49,663 bases of DNA from Chiloscyllium plagiosum (Eukaryota). The stretch spans positions 74,940,117 to 74,989,779 of the forward strand of contig NC_057718.1 of the NCBI RefSeq assembly GCF_004010195.1, in the 5' to 3' direction. Below, piece by piece: positions 23,773 to 36,922 of the stretch. The notes below the pieces were generated by a model. The model was not told the origin of the DNA and ran no database searches. It saw only the letters and a program-made list of their open reading frames with translations. The translations under genes and the position numbers were made by a program. The stretch's first letter is position 1. Every line of letters begins with the position of its first letter.

Positions 23773-24642
23773 TTAAGTCATCTTTACCAAGTGGCAGATT
23801 TCATTTTCTCTCCAATTCTCTCCAATTAACCCAATCAAATTCAATATGTTTTGCATCCAGAGGCAAATCAATCCTTGAGATAAAATATACCTTGAAGGAT
23901 TACAGAACAAACCAGTGGAAAATATACATATTGAAAAGGTGACACATTATACATTTTATTATAAAGTTATTGCTCCAGCCCTATGGTAAAGTTTTAAAAA
24001 AACTGGCTTATGCGCAATATCCAGAAAATATAAATTCACTCTAAAGTTGTCAGTCAAACATTATCTTTGTACACACTATGTAACAAACTCAAAACTGCAA
24101 AGTTCTGCATGTACACAAGGAACAGGAGCTACTCAATAAATGCTGAGAAAGCAGACTTTAATTGGATTTTTTACTGATCACCATTCATGAACTAAAAGGA
24201 TCAGTTTACAGGTGACAAGTAAATAACAACTAACTGTAACAGTATAGACCAGACATTGAAATTCTTGTTATTATCTCATACGGCCAAACTCTTTCAGTAT
24301 AAATTACAATTAGATGGGGATAAATTGGATAGTTTCTGAAAACAGATGTAGGGATCAGGATGTGTCATTAGTCTGTATCCTTTCAATACAATGTGGCAGT
24401 ACAAACTTCATCCGGCCTGCTCATCTTTACTGTATGCAGCCATCAGAGACTATACCTTTCATTGGATGAATATATCAGCTGGGGTCCCAATATTGCTTTC
24501 TAGTACTCCTTAAATTTAGCCTTCACTGCTTAAAGCAGGTCTGCATGATTCAAATAGAAAGGACATTGTTGCTGCTGGATGTACTGACATCATTTACAGC
24601 TGTTGCTGTGCAAATAATCAATGGCTGTCCATGGGAGTACGT

Positions 24643-24773
24643 AGTTAAAAATCACACAACACCAGGTTATAGTCCAACAGGTTTAATTGGAAGCACACTA
24701 GCTTTCGGAGTGCCGCTCCTTCTTTGATTTTTAACTTTATATATCCCAGTCCAACACCGGCATTTCCAAATCA
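24643..24773. mobile_element. PLE family-B mini-element (truncated fold-back)
   Basis: AGTTAAAAATCACACAAC... and ...TGATTTTTAACTTT inverted ends. TSD TGTCCATGGGAG at 24626-24637 and 24774-24785. Confidence 0.82.
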
Positions 24774-26649
24774 TGTCCATGGGAGAACATGCACACCAAG
24801 GCTTCTTGATGGAATGGATGAAAAGGAGGAACTATGATCTCCATCTGCACAGGGAATAGGGCGCCCTCCTGGTACACACTGAGAAACAATGGGAGCAGAA
24901 AGCCTTGGAAGTCAATGTCAGGGGCTTTGGCCTCCAAAACCTGGAAGCAGTGCTGATCTTACAGAAATTGCCAAGGTCAATGAATACACCTTCGAATACC
25001 ATATATAATCAATTGCACAGTTAGTCCCAGTGCTTGTTTAAATCATGAACATTATTGACCGACCAAGAATGCACATCAATCCAGACTTACAGCTAACATT
25101 TATGTACCTCCTCTCACACTTGTCACACACTCTGTATTATGGCAATCTACCAAATACATAATTCTCAGATGTCAGCTTGTCAATTATAGCAGCCACACTT
25201 AGAGTGCATAACACTGATTGAAACATTACCTTCTCCTTTGCTGGAAAAGATGGTACACAACTAAAAGCAACTACTTACTGGGTAAATGAGCGCCTTTGTA
25301 TTCTGACCCCGATAGAAGATATGATGCTAGCCATTTTGGAATAGCTATTGTTCAGTTCATGGTCAATGTCTGTGTAGAATCCATAAACAATGTTTTCTGA
25401 AAATTCTCCTTATCACATTCTGACAACTACAAGTGATGTAAGAATGAACTCTTATACTTTCACCTCCCCTCAGCATAATCGTACCCTTGCGCCTTTTTCC
25501 TTTCAGATACCCAAGAAATGCCAGCAAGCCAAACAGGAACAGCAAGAAAATAATGGTGATGAGGACACATTTTCAATTGATTCAACATTTACAGTCACCA
25601 GCACTGTGACTAATTTCGAGGATAGTGTAGAGATGGTATGTGGACCTGGTGAGACAATGGACATGGGAGTTTGGTAGGTAATGTTATAATGTGAAGGTCG
25701 AAGCCCTCTGTTAATTAAAACCAAACACCCAGAAAAGCTTGCCTCACCTTGTAATCTGTTAAAATATGATTGAGTGACAGAGAATTCCTAATTTCCACTA
25801 TTTAGAGAAAATAACAATTCATTTTCCTAACTCTAATAGTGAACACTAAACAAAACTATTCACAAATCTAAGATACCCTTTTCTTAAATACTTACTATCA
25901 TGACTCCAACTCTATAAAAATGCTGTTCCAATACAACAATTACTAAACATTACAATAACTTAATCTCAAGACCACTCAGTTTCTGTTTTCTTCAGTGTAT
26001 TCAGCCTTCCATCTGATCTCCCTGGGTCATCATCTTTCTTTTACTGTGAGTGTATTTTACATGAAAAAGATACATTTTGATAAAGAGTTTTCTCTAATTT
26101 CTTTGAGAACAAGATGTTAGATGGGCAGTTAGCTCTCCAGCTCTACGGCAGTTGCTCTGCTGTTCGATGGCAGTTGCTCACCCATTTATTTTCAAAATAC
26201 CGGGTTTATATATCCACTATGACACATTACATTCTTACAATGTTGTTGGTTTTCAAGTGTCAAAACAATAAAATTCAAATTCCATTGGCTTCTGGTATCC
26301 TAGGTATAATTTAAACTAACTGGTTTTAAAATCAAAATGTTGTCAGAACCAAAACCAAAACTCAACTTTTATGTTTCTTTGTGGTTAAGTCATGATGGTC
26401 AAAGTAGTCAGTTAAGGCACATGGAAATATTAGTGAACGCATAATTTAATTCAGGCTATTTGTATCACATTGAAGTAATTCTTCTCAAGCAGTAAAGGGC
26501 TATGCCATACCCTTTTACTATTCATGGCTTCCATACCCTTGTCTCCTTCCTCGGTTCCTCATATTCTTGCTCCTCAGTGTCCTGGCTGTTTAGTGATGAC
26601 AAGAAATGTCTCCCCACCTTGCCTTCAATCACTAGGAAGTTTGATACCT

Positions 26650-26832
26650 TCTCAGCAATGTGATAATCATTAAGTAATTGGTTTTACTGATTTTGGTTAA
26701 AATTAAGTATAAATATTGTACTGGAGTGTGGAAGTATCTCTGCTAGTCTTCTTTGAGTCTTAACATGGAATCTTTTATGTCCACTGAAAGGGCAGACAAG
26801 ACCTCACCTTAACAGTACATGTGAAGGATGAT
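26650..26832 (-). mobile_element. Deu-SINE (SacSINE1-like) fragment
   Basis: CAGCAATGTGATAAT...CATGGAATCTTTTATGTCCAC...GGGCAGAC is the reverse complement of the Deu-domain region. Confidence 0.6.
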
Positions 26833-26884
26833 GCAATCATCCCTTAAAACATCATCTGCTTCATCAGAATTTGTATGCAGTGTG

Positions 26885-27222
26885 AGTAGCACGGTGACTC
26901 AGTGGTTAGCATTACTCAGTGGTTAGCAGGATCCTGGGTTCAACTCTGGTTTCGGGTAACTGACTGTGTGGTAACTGACTTTCCACATTCTCCCTGTATC
27001 TGCATGAGTTTCATCCGGGTGATCCAGTTTCCTCCCACACTCCAAAGATGTGCAGGTTGGATGGATTGGCTGTGCTCAACTGCCCATAGTACCCAATGGT
27101 CTGCATGCTAGGTGGATTAGCCATTGGAATTGCAAAGTTATAGGGTAGGGAAGTTGAGTCTGGGTGGGAAACTGTTCAGATGGGCCAAATGGCCAGCTTC
27201 CACACTGTAGGGATTTTATGAC
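26885..27222 (+). mobile_element. Diverged HE1-like V-SINE
   Basis: GCACGGTGACTCAGTGGTTAGCA head, V-domain, ...CCACACTGTAGGGATT tail. Confidence 0.8.
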
Positions 27223-27845
27223 TCTCATTCCATACAATAGTATGTGCATTGGAATCATGAGCTGTGTGGTCAGAAAATATTCTTTAATAGCTACCTTTTG
27301 GTTTGCTGTGATACTGAAAAATAGTTGGACCAACACTGCTGCAGGATGAAGGCACAATGATCACTACTAACTGGACCTTAATCTGTAGGTTGCACTATCT
27401 ATTATAATGCATTTGCTGGGTGTGGAGGAGTGGTATCCCTTTCAGAACTGATACATGGAAAAGTTGACAACTAATACTCTCAAACAAATGTGCATACAGG
27501 TGGCACCATCCTGCACCATGGTCTGCCTGTCATTAAAGCAGGCGCTCAGATTTGCTCTGCCTACTGTCTCAAGGAAGAAAGAATATTTGGGTTCTCTTTG
27601 AATAGAGTGTATTAGTGAACTCCTTATACAACAGTGCACTGCAATCTGGAAGATATTGCTAATATTCTCGGATCAAATCTGGGAGGAGCAAGAATAATTG
27701 TTTATCACAATCAATAACAATAGAGTCTTTGCTGATGTCTGATGTCACAGTGATGGTACAACTAGCGTCAGAACTTACTGATGACCTCTGTATTGATGAG
27801 CAACCATCTCACACTTTGTTCTTTCTATAGTTTCAGGTGGAAAAC

Positions 27846-29080
27846 CATAAGATATAAGAGCAGAATTTGGCCATTTGACCCATCAAGTCTGCTCCACATA
27901 TTTTTCAACCCCCAATCTCTTGCCTTCTTCCCATAATCCTTGATTCCTTAACTAATCAGAATCTATCTGTCTCTGTCTTAAATATACTCAATTATTTGGC
28001 CTCCACAATTCTTTATAGCAATGTGTTCCACAGATTAACAACCCTCTGGCTGAAGAAATTCCTGCCAAAATCAGTTCTATAGGATCTTCCTTTCACTCTG
28101 AGGCCATGTTCACCATATCCAGGCCTTTTGGCATTCTGTAAAGTTCAAGCACAATCCCTTCATCCATCTAAGCTCCATCGAGTACAGCCCAAAATCTTCA
28201 ACTGTTCCTCATATGACAAGACCTTACTCCCTGGGATCATTCTTATAAACATCCTCTGGACCCCCCTCCAACACCAGAACATCCTTTCTTAGACATGAGG
28301 GCCAAAACTGCTCACAAGATTCCAATTGCGGTCTGATCAGAGCCTTATATAGCGTCAGCAGTACATCTGAGCTCTTGTATTCTATTCCCCTTGAAATGAA
28401 TGCTAACATTGCATTTGCCTTCTGAACAGTAATTGAATCTGCATGTTAATCTTAAGAGAACCATGAACTAAGACTCCCAAGTCCCTTTATGGTTCAGATT
28501 TCCGCAGCCTTTCCCATTTAAAAATAGTTTATGCCTCAACTTTTCTTACCAAAATGCAAAACCTCGCACTTTCGCACACTGTATTCCAACTGTTACGTCT
28601 TTACCCACTATCCTATTCTGTTCAAGTTCTTTTGCTGCCTCCCTCCTTCCTCAACACTGCCTGGCTCTCCACTTATCTTTGTGTCATCGGCAAACTTAGT
28701 AACAATGACCCCAGTTCCTTCATCCAGATCATTGATGTATAACATGAATATGGACCCTTACAGAATTCCACTAGTCAATGGCTGCCATCCTGCAAAAGAC
28801 TCTTTATTCCTTCTCTCTACTCTCTGCTAGTCAAAAGGTAAAAACAATGACTGCAGATGCTGGAAACCAGATTCTGGATTTGTGATGCTGGAAAAGTACA
28901 GCAGTTCAGGAATACTGATGAAGGGCTTTTGCCCGAAATGTCAATTTTACTGCTCCTCGGATGCTGCCTGAACTGCTATGCTTTTCCAGTACCATGAATC
29001 CAGTCTCTGATAGTCAGCCAATTCTCTGTCTATGCCGCTACCTTATCCCTAATGCCTTGGGCTCATTTCTTATTTGGAAA
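27846..29080 (-). mobile_element. CR1 LINE 3' portion
   Basis: KFADDTK; MLAFISRGIEYKSSDVLLTLYKALIRPQLE. Confidence 0.85.
28834..29003 (+). mobile_element. PLE family-A-related fold-back mini-element with hammerhead motif (28915)
   Basis: CTGATGAAGGGCTTTTGCCCGAAATGTC. Inverted arms GCTGGAAAAGTACAGCAGTTCAGG / CCTGAACTGCTATGCTTTTCCAG. TSD TCTCTG[C/A]TAGTCA at 28821-28833 and 29004-29016. Confidence 0.8.
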
Positions 29081-29859
29081 GCTCCTTGTTTCCTGAATAC
29101 CTTGGGTGAATGTGTCCTCCAGCTCTGAGCCCTTCTCCAACCTTCCACTCCCCTCCTCTGTCTCCCTTAAGTTTCCTGACCATTCAGAGCCCTCATGTCC
29201 TGCTTAATGCACTTTCCTCATTCTCTAAATCATGATCTATTCTAAGAGGAGGACCTATCAGTCTGCCTATATCTCAGACGAATTAGTTTGTACAAATGCT
29301 TATAGATTTTTGAAACCCAGAACAACTAATAAAGCACAAATGTGTGTAGAATAGCAACAACCAGAAGGAATCAACCAACAACTAAACAGTAAGTAATTGA
29401 CGATCCATTTAAAAAGCAGTAGATGAAGAGGGATGTTCCTTCCTTCTGTTCACCTCTGTGAGTTTACAACAGGGTGTCATCTAGACTGTTAAGGTGAAAA
29501 ATGGTAGTTTTGGCATCAGATTGACATTGGTGTTTGATGTTGTAAACTATCTGCTCTGCAGTTATTTATTGCACTTTTCCGACACCAGTATCAAGAAAAT
29601 ATCCAGCATGTTTCCTGGCACAGATGTGATTTTGGTACGCCAAAGACATTCAAGGCACCTGAGAAAGCTATGCCACGGAGCCTCAGTTTCTTGCCCTCAG
29701 TCCTTTCATAGCATTAAACATTAGTAAGGGAGAACAATTAGTGACAAAAACATTTTGGGAGTCCTTAGATTATAGTTAAATGATCTGGGAGGTATTCAAA
29801 TGAAAATGATCAAGCCCAGTTGCATTCTACTATTTTTGGTGATACCGAACTTGTTTTGT

Positions 29860-30240
29860 TTTCACTTGCACATCAGAGATGGGGGCATCCTGATAGAAGT
29901 TTACAAAATTGTGAGAGGCATAGAGAAAAAAGTTGGAGTTTTATTCCCAGGGTAGAAATGTCATTCACTAGGGGATTTAGGGTTAAAGTAAAAGGGGAAA
30001 GTTTAAAAGAGATGTGAGAAGCAGGTTTTTTTTACAAAGATTGTGTAAGTGCCTGGAATATGCTGCCAGTGGAGGTACTAGAAGCAGATACAATGGCAAT
30101 GTTTAAGAGGCATCTTGACAGATACATGAATAGGAAGGTAATAGAGTGATATGGACTACGTCAAGGCAAATGGATTTTAATTTAGAAAGAAGTCATACAT
30201 TGGCTCAAGCTTGGTGGGCTAAAGGGCCTGTTGCTGTTCT
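29860..30240 (+). mobile_element. CR1 LINE 3' end fragment
   Basis: LIEVYKIVRGI...AWNMLPVEVLEADTMAMFKRHLDRYM, then the GGGCTAAAGGGCCTGTT tail. Confidence 0.8.
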
Positions 30241-30683
30241 TTGATAGAGGTGTACATGTAATCTTCTGCCATGAGGATAAATTAATCAAAGCATCATGTG
30301 AGGTAATCAGCAATGGAGAGTGTGATTGTGACTAATATAGGTGGAATATTTTTGTCAAGTGATTACAATGTTAGTACTTCTAAAGTAAAAATAATGTGAG
30401 GAACTGGAGGGAAGTCCATAAAGGAGCACGATTTATGGTAAGATGACTTTGCACAGATAAAAATCCCATGGGCGCATTAAAGTCAGCAGATATACAACAA
30501 AAGAAGGATTTGAATTTGAAAAATGGGGATATGCTAATGGAACAATTTTTAAAATGCAAGAATAATTAGTTTCTGGAATAATTAATTGTTGAAATAAAAG
30601 AATAAAACCAACATGAGAAAGATATTTGGAAAAAAGGTAAAGTTTTGGGATCTTCAGAAACTCAAGTAATGAACCCCACACAG

Positions 30684-30884
30684 TTAAAAATCACACAACA
30701 CCAGGTTGGACTATAGTCAACAGGTTTAATTGGAAGCACACTAGCCCTCCACTATTACCTGATGAAGGAGTGTCGCTCCGAAAGCTAGTGTGCTTCCAAT
30801 TAAACCTGTTGGACTATAGTCCAACCTGGTGTTGTGTGATTTTTAACTTTGTACACCCCAGTCCAACACCAGCATCTCCAAATC
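30684..30884. mobile_element. Palindromic PLE family-B mini-element
   Basis: Inverted arms of ~60 bp. 15-bp TSD ATGAACCCCACACAG at 30669-30683 and 30885-30899. Confidence 0.88.
30756..30790 (+). ncRNA. Minimal type-I hammerhead ribozyme motif (family B)
   Basis: TAC-CTGATGA-A-GGAG[TGTCG]CTCC-GAA-AGCT-A-GTG: 3-bp stem I, stem II, palindromic AGCT helix III. Predicted cleavage after 30787. Confidence 0.75.
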
Positions 30885-31599
30885 ATGAACCCCACACAGG
30901 TATCCATAAAGATAATCTGAAGTTTTCAAAAAATGCTGAAAACTACAAAGAGCAATTATGAAGAAAACAAAGCAGAAAATATCAAGACTGCAAAGCCCAG
31001 TAATGCTTTTCATTGGAGACTAACAGACTAAAGAAAGAAATTGCACTATTAAAAATTTTGGTGGAGAAGCATTGTGGAAGCAAAGAGTTTGCTTCAGCCA
31101 GAATTGTTAAATGCTGGAGCTTTATGTCAGAAATAGTATTTGGAAGAGAGAAAGAGAGCTTATACTTAAAATATTTAGGGCTCATGCAGAATTGCTACTT
31201 TCCTAATTGTAAAAGAGTAGATATTAATTACATGAGGTGGATAAAATTCTGTCAAACAGTCTTTTCTCTATTCTTCAACATACTTGTATAACTTATGTCA
31301 TATTTCTGGAGCTCAGGTGTTGCATGTCTAGAAATTCGAAATGCAATGTCTACTTTTGAAATTGAGTTCTAAGACAAGACATCCCAATTTCAAGTTGCAA
31401 GTCTTGATCTTTTGTCATAAAACTATTTGAAACAACATTGCAGGTTGAACCAATATATGGCATAAATGATAGAAAGACAGTTCCTTTTAGAATGGGGTTT
31501 TGTTTGACAAACTTAATGGACTTTTTTGATGAACATATTGACCTGAGAAAGAAACAGTCAGTGGAGAGAGAAATAAAGTTACTGTTTTGAGGCAAGTAT

Positions 31600-32280
31600 G
31601 AGCCTTCCTTAGCAGCGAGTTGGCTCTGTAATTAAAGGATGAAATTAGTATGGTAGTGAGAAATGACTTTAGTTCCGAAGATCAAGATGTGAGTGGAGGT
31701 AAGAAAAAGCAAAGGAAATAAGTCACTTGTGGGAGTAAGTTCTAGGCTTCCTAGTAATAGCTACACTGTAGGACAGAGTATACCGGAAGAAACAAAGAGT
31801 ACTTAAGGAAATAATCACCAATGTTTTCAATCTTAATGTAGACAAATGAATTTGGCAAAGGAAGCCTGGAAGATGATTTCATAGACTGCATTTGGGAGAA
31901 TTTCCAGGAGTAATACATTCTGGAACCATGCAGGGAGCAGGCTGTTTTAGACCTGGCGATGTGTAATAAGACAAGTTTAGTTAATTATCTCATAGTAAAG
32001 GAACAGTAATTATCACATGATAGGATTTCACATTCATTTTGAGACTGAGAAACATGTGTCAAGGGGGAGTGAGTTAAGCTCAAATAAGAGCAATTATGAG
32101 GATATGAAGACAAGAGTTGGCTAAAGTGGATTAGAAAGATAAGTTAAAATAAGCGACGGTAGGGTAGCAGTAAGTGACATTTAAAGAAAAATTCCCTAAC
32201 TCCAAACAAAGATAGATTTCATTTAAAAAAAGATGAGAAGGATGCACATACATTCATAACTATGGAAGTGAAGGTTGGTA
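31600..32280 (+). mobile_element. Old CR1 endonuclease-region remnant
   Basis: LALVIKDEIS-like, ILEPCREQAVLDLAMCN and NYEDM segments, highly decayed. Confidence 0.55.
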
Positions 32281-32744
32281 CCAAGGTTCATGGTGTACCA
32301 CTTTTATTGCATGCAACACCTTCCTCATTTTATCTCACCCACTCCAACTCCCAGACTACTAATCCAGCTGCCATCCGCACTGCTTATTCACTAACTTGGG
32401 GCATTTCATTCCCTTTCCATCTTATCATCCACCTGTACCAACTCTGACAGCTTTGCCAAACACTTTCATTTCACTCAGTCCCTCCCCTTGACTTATTGCA
32501 GGAGAAAATGGCCCACAAAATGGGGAAGACACCCAATGACTTGAGGTGGGGTCCCTGATACTTGGCTCCTCAACTACACTGCGTTCCCTCCCTTGCCCCC
32601 ACCCATGAGGACAGGATCCTAGCCCTGGTCAATGAGGACTAAGCCCACTCAGGCATACATTCCAAACTACCTATGTTCTGGCAACCAAGTAAGAAGGATT
32701 GTCAATGCTGTTCTCTTCTTCCATTATCACCACCGTGTCAAGGT

Positions 32745-32860
32745 GCTGGCGTTGGACTGGGGTGCACAAAGACTTCACCTGATGAAGGAGCAACACTCTG
32801 AAAGCTTTTGATTTCGAACAAACCTGTTGGACTATATCCTGGTGTCATGTGACTTCTGAC
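32745..32860 (+). mobile_element. PLE family-B-related mini-element with hammerhead motif (32779)
   Basis: Inverted stub GTGCTGGCGTTGGACTGGGGTG plus CACCTGATGAAGGAGCAACACTCTGAAAGCTT...AAACCTGTTGGACTAT. Confidence 0.7.
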
Positions 32861-33936
32861 ATTATTATTACTGTGAACTGTGGTCTCTTAATAAGCCTGA
32901 ACTTCTACTCATTCTTCTCAACACATTCTCTTTTTTTTTTGTCTCCAGCAGGAACAAGTGGCATTTGCACGGTCTGAGTAGCCAAGAAAACACCAAGTTT
33001 CCTTCTCCTTATCTGAGCAAAAAGTCACAGTTCCTTCAGAGGAAGCCCCAGCATGCCTACCTCCTGCAATCTTTACTAGCTCAGATAGATACCTCAGTGT
33101 GAGCACTAACATGATTACAGACCTGCTGGTGAGCATGAGACTGCCACATCTCTGTAAACAAACAAGGAAGGAGTGTCCCAGGTCACTGGCACACGGAGAA
33201 TGGCTGGAGACCCAGAACCTACCTCAATCCAGACAGGTGACGTTCCCATCGTGTTGGCAATTAAGAACTTCATAAAAATGCACAAGAAGACACAGGAGCA
33301 GGTGGCAGATTTGTTGGGTGGGTTGTGCAAACTGACACAAAGGTTGCAGGACCATATCTTCACTACTTGGACCTCACTGCCTCTGGCATGCAAGCACTGA
33401 CTGCCTCTACAGACAGATTTGGAGCTGCTATGTAGAGCCAGATCGGGCAGTCTCAGTGTCTGTTGGATATATGCAGATTCACACTTCATTGCTCTAGCCA
33501 TTGCAATACGGGACAAGGGATCTTGTCCTCACTCCAGGTGCTTTTTCATCAAAAGGAGACAGGGTGATGTCTGTAGCCTGTTCAGGAGAATCAAATACTA
33601 TCATTCCCTCTACAGAGGTTTCCTCTTGCAGCATTCAAGTGTTGGCTGGATCTTCCACCTCACCTTGCCTGCCACCCTCACTTCTGTGGAAGTTCAAGCC
33701 AAGGAGGATGCACCTGTCTCTCATGTCTTTGCTGTTTAGCCATGAGATGATCTAACTAAATCTTCAAGGTCAATGGGCTCCACTGTAGGACAGGCTCCCT
33801 TTACCCAGCTGTGGGCCCTTGGGACTGCATCAAGATCTGTTGGCAGTGAAAGGAAGAAGAAGACATGAGGGCATGTCTGAGGACCCATAAGTGGTACAAG
33901 GGCAACTTCATTGTGAATATCAATTTAGAGGCGTCA

Positions 33937-34278
33937 GTGTACAAAGTTAAAAATCACACAACACCAGGTTATAGTGCAACTGGTTTATTTGGAAGCACTA
34001 GCTTTCAGAGGGCTGCTCCTTCATCAGGTGGTTGTGGAGTAGGACCATAAGACACAGAACTTATAGCAAAAGATTACAGTGTCATGCAAGTAAAATGATA
34101 TATTTAACAAACCTCCGTTGTATATCATTTCAGTTGCATGACATTGTAATCTTTTGCTATAGGTTCTCTGTCTCACGGTCCTACTCCACAACCACCTGCA
34201 GAAGGAGCAGCGCTTTGAAAGCGAATGCTTCCAAGTAAACCTGTTGGACTATCACCTGGTGTTGTGTGATTTTTAACT
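33937..34278. mobile_element. ~340-bp palindromic PLE family-B element with hammerhead motifs on both strands
   Basis: Arms ~33945-34102 and ~34121-34278 are reverse complements. Minus-strand core intact (33996-34030); plus-strand copy decayed (~34193-34237). Confidence 0.88.
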
Positions 34279-36922
34279 CTTCTCACATAGGTTCACATCT
34301 CATCAGTTCATCAGACATTCTGAGTGAATATCTGTCAATCTGTGACTATGAGATTGAAAGCGCAGAGCCTAGTCATGCTTAGTGTCATATAATTTTTTTT
34401 GGTCTCATATGTGAACTGAACAGCTCCTGAACAAGGTGCAGACTATTGAATCTTGGAAGGTAGTTGTTACTTTGGCAACTAAATGAATCTTTGCTTGCGT
34501 ATCACAGCCATGAGTGGGATTGATTCCTAATGCTGCACAAGGTGATCCAGAATACTTGCATTCCATGGATTTGCATTCCATGCCCTAGGTTAATGCCTAA
34601 TGTCATACTAGGTTTCTTTCATCTGTATAGTATGGGAGCCCATGAAATGCTGTTGTCCTTTGAAGGATCTCACATTGCTTGAAAATGAAGACTTTTCCCT
34701 TACAGAACAAAACAGTTGTCTGGCCAGTCTGGGTATGGTGGCAGCATTTTCAGCTCCATTGCGCAGTAGTTATTTGCATTATGGTGGATGGAAACCACAA
34801 TCACACTTCATATAGTGAGTCTCAAGTTCAACCTCTCAGCCTTGGTGAACCCCCAAATGTGCAAACTCCCTTCTTCGTAGTCAATCGCATCAGCTTTGAA
34901 CTTCTCCACATTCCTACTCAACCAATCTATTTAACTCACCTCCCCACTTTACTCCCCTCTGATCCAGGCATATCATGTCAACATGCCAGATAACTTTCTT
35001 CAGACTCGAAACATTAACTCTGCTTTTCTCTCTACAGGTACTACCAGACTTGCTGAGTTTCTCCAGCATTTTCTGTTTTTGTTTCAGATTTCCAGCATCT
35101 GCAGTTCCTTCTTTTTATGATAGATATAATTTTGGACTGTACTCCCAAATAAAGCCAGACTGCCGACTGTCAATAACTTCCTTATTCTGGCATTACCCTT
35201 TCCTTTCCATTATTTATTGGCTTGCCCCTTATATATTAAGCTGCCTTCCTTCACAGTTATTATACTTTTCCATCCCATCAAGCTGCTTTTAATCCCCACA
35301 ATTGAGATCCTGGCTTCTCTCACATAGCAGTAGCTCCTGATTATTTCCTACTTGATTTTTATCTCACCAAAGACTGATCATGGCTCACCTTGACTTGGAT
35401 GGACAGACTTGTTTGATAATTGACCGGACTCCTGACTGACCTCAGGGAGATGCACAGAGTGAATTCCCATGACTCCCTGGACTGGCTGCACAAGGCCATT
35501 CATTGCCATCTTCTGGACTTTAAAGGTACAAATCCCCTGACCCTGACCACCCCATTGACTGTGCCCAAGCCCTGGACTGATATCAGACACTACTCTTGAA
35601 TTATTGTGCCAGGACACCCTGACTGAAGGATGTCTACATTGACTTGACTGAATACTGCTTATTAGACAAAGATAAGTAGAAAAGGAAATGTGAAGAGGTG
35701 GAATCGTCCTTGTCCAGTGTGTTGTGAGCAACAGCAAGAAAGATGAGGAAATCCAGCAAGAATGAGAAAATCAGAATCTCAATGTTAAGGATTTTTTTTG
35801 TACAATTTTCCTTTTCAGAAATAAATGGTGACTTCATAAGCTTGCTATTTAATAGAACAGCAGCAAACTTGTTTTTACCAGCACCTTATGAATAAAAACT
35901 CTTGATAAAGGGAGTCAGTTATTGCAGTAAGGGGTGATCATATCTTGGAAGGGTCATTAAATGAGACTTTGTCGGTAGAACTTAGGAATAAAAAGGGACA
36001 ATCACATGGTGAGGAGTGCATTATGGCCTTCAAACAGTCAGTAGGAAATTGAGGAACAGATGTGGAGTCAATTCACTAAGGAATGTAGAAATAATAATAT
36101 GGTAATTATATTAGGGATAATTAATTGAGATAATTGGAACAGGAAGGCTTTAGAGATGACAGGATTCTTGAAGTGCAGATGCATTAATAAGCAATTTTGT
36201 ACTCTAGGATTTCTTAGAGAAAATGAAGGAAGGCATGTAAACTTTTGAACATTATGAAAAGGTTCAGCAACTTGGAAATATGTAGGCTAGGTGAACTAGC
36301 CATGGCAAATGTGGGGTTATGGGGATAAGGTGGGTGACTGGGTTTGGGTGGGATGTTCTTTGGAGGGTCGATATGGATTCAATAGGCCAATTGGCCTCTT
36401 TCTGCAATTCTGGGATTCTAGAGTCTCCATTGTTCTGCTCCCTTTGCACCTGTTATTTGTTTCTCTTTTTTTTTTATCTAATCCTGAATATCCCTTCACA
36501 CCTAAGGTTTTCTGGGCTTGTTACTCCTACTTTTCACCCTAAAGGAAACATATTGGGCCAATATCCCCAGTACCCTTTTGAATGATAGAATTTACCTGCA
36601 AGTAAAATTTCCAAGTCCATTTTGGCCAGGTGCTGCCTATTTTAATAAAATCTGCCTTACCCAATTCAAAATCCTTTTTGCAGGCCATATCATTTTCCTT
36701 TTTTCCATAAAGCAAAAATGTATGGTGTTGCAGTCATTATCACTAAAATGCTTCCCCTCTGTCTCCTTGCATACCCACCAGCATCATTTCTCAGAATGAC
36801 GTCTGGCTTTGCACCATCTCTTGTAGAACCATCTACTGCATGTGATATTTTCAAAGTTCTCCTGCATGCATTTCAGGAAATCTGTCCTGCAAGTTGGACA
36901 CAATAAGGCAATCTAAACCATA

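Noticed and set aside
25682..26360. Possible additional solo LTRs (also ~3000-3600 and ~10340-10850)
   Set aside because: LTR-like composition, but both termini and a TSD could not be identified.
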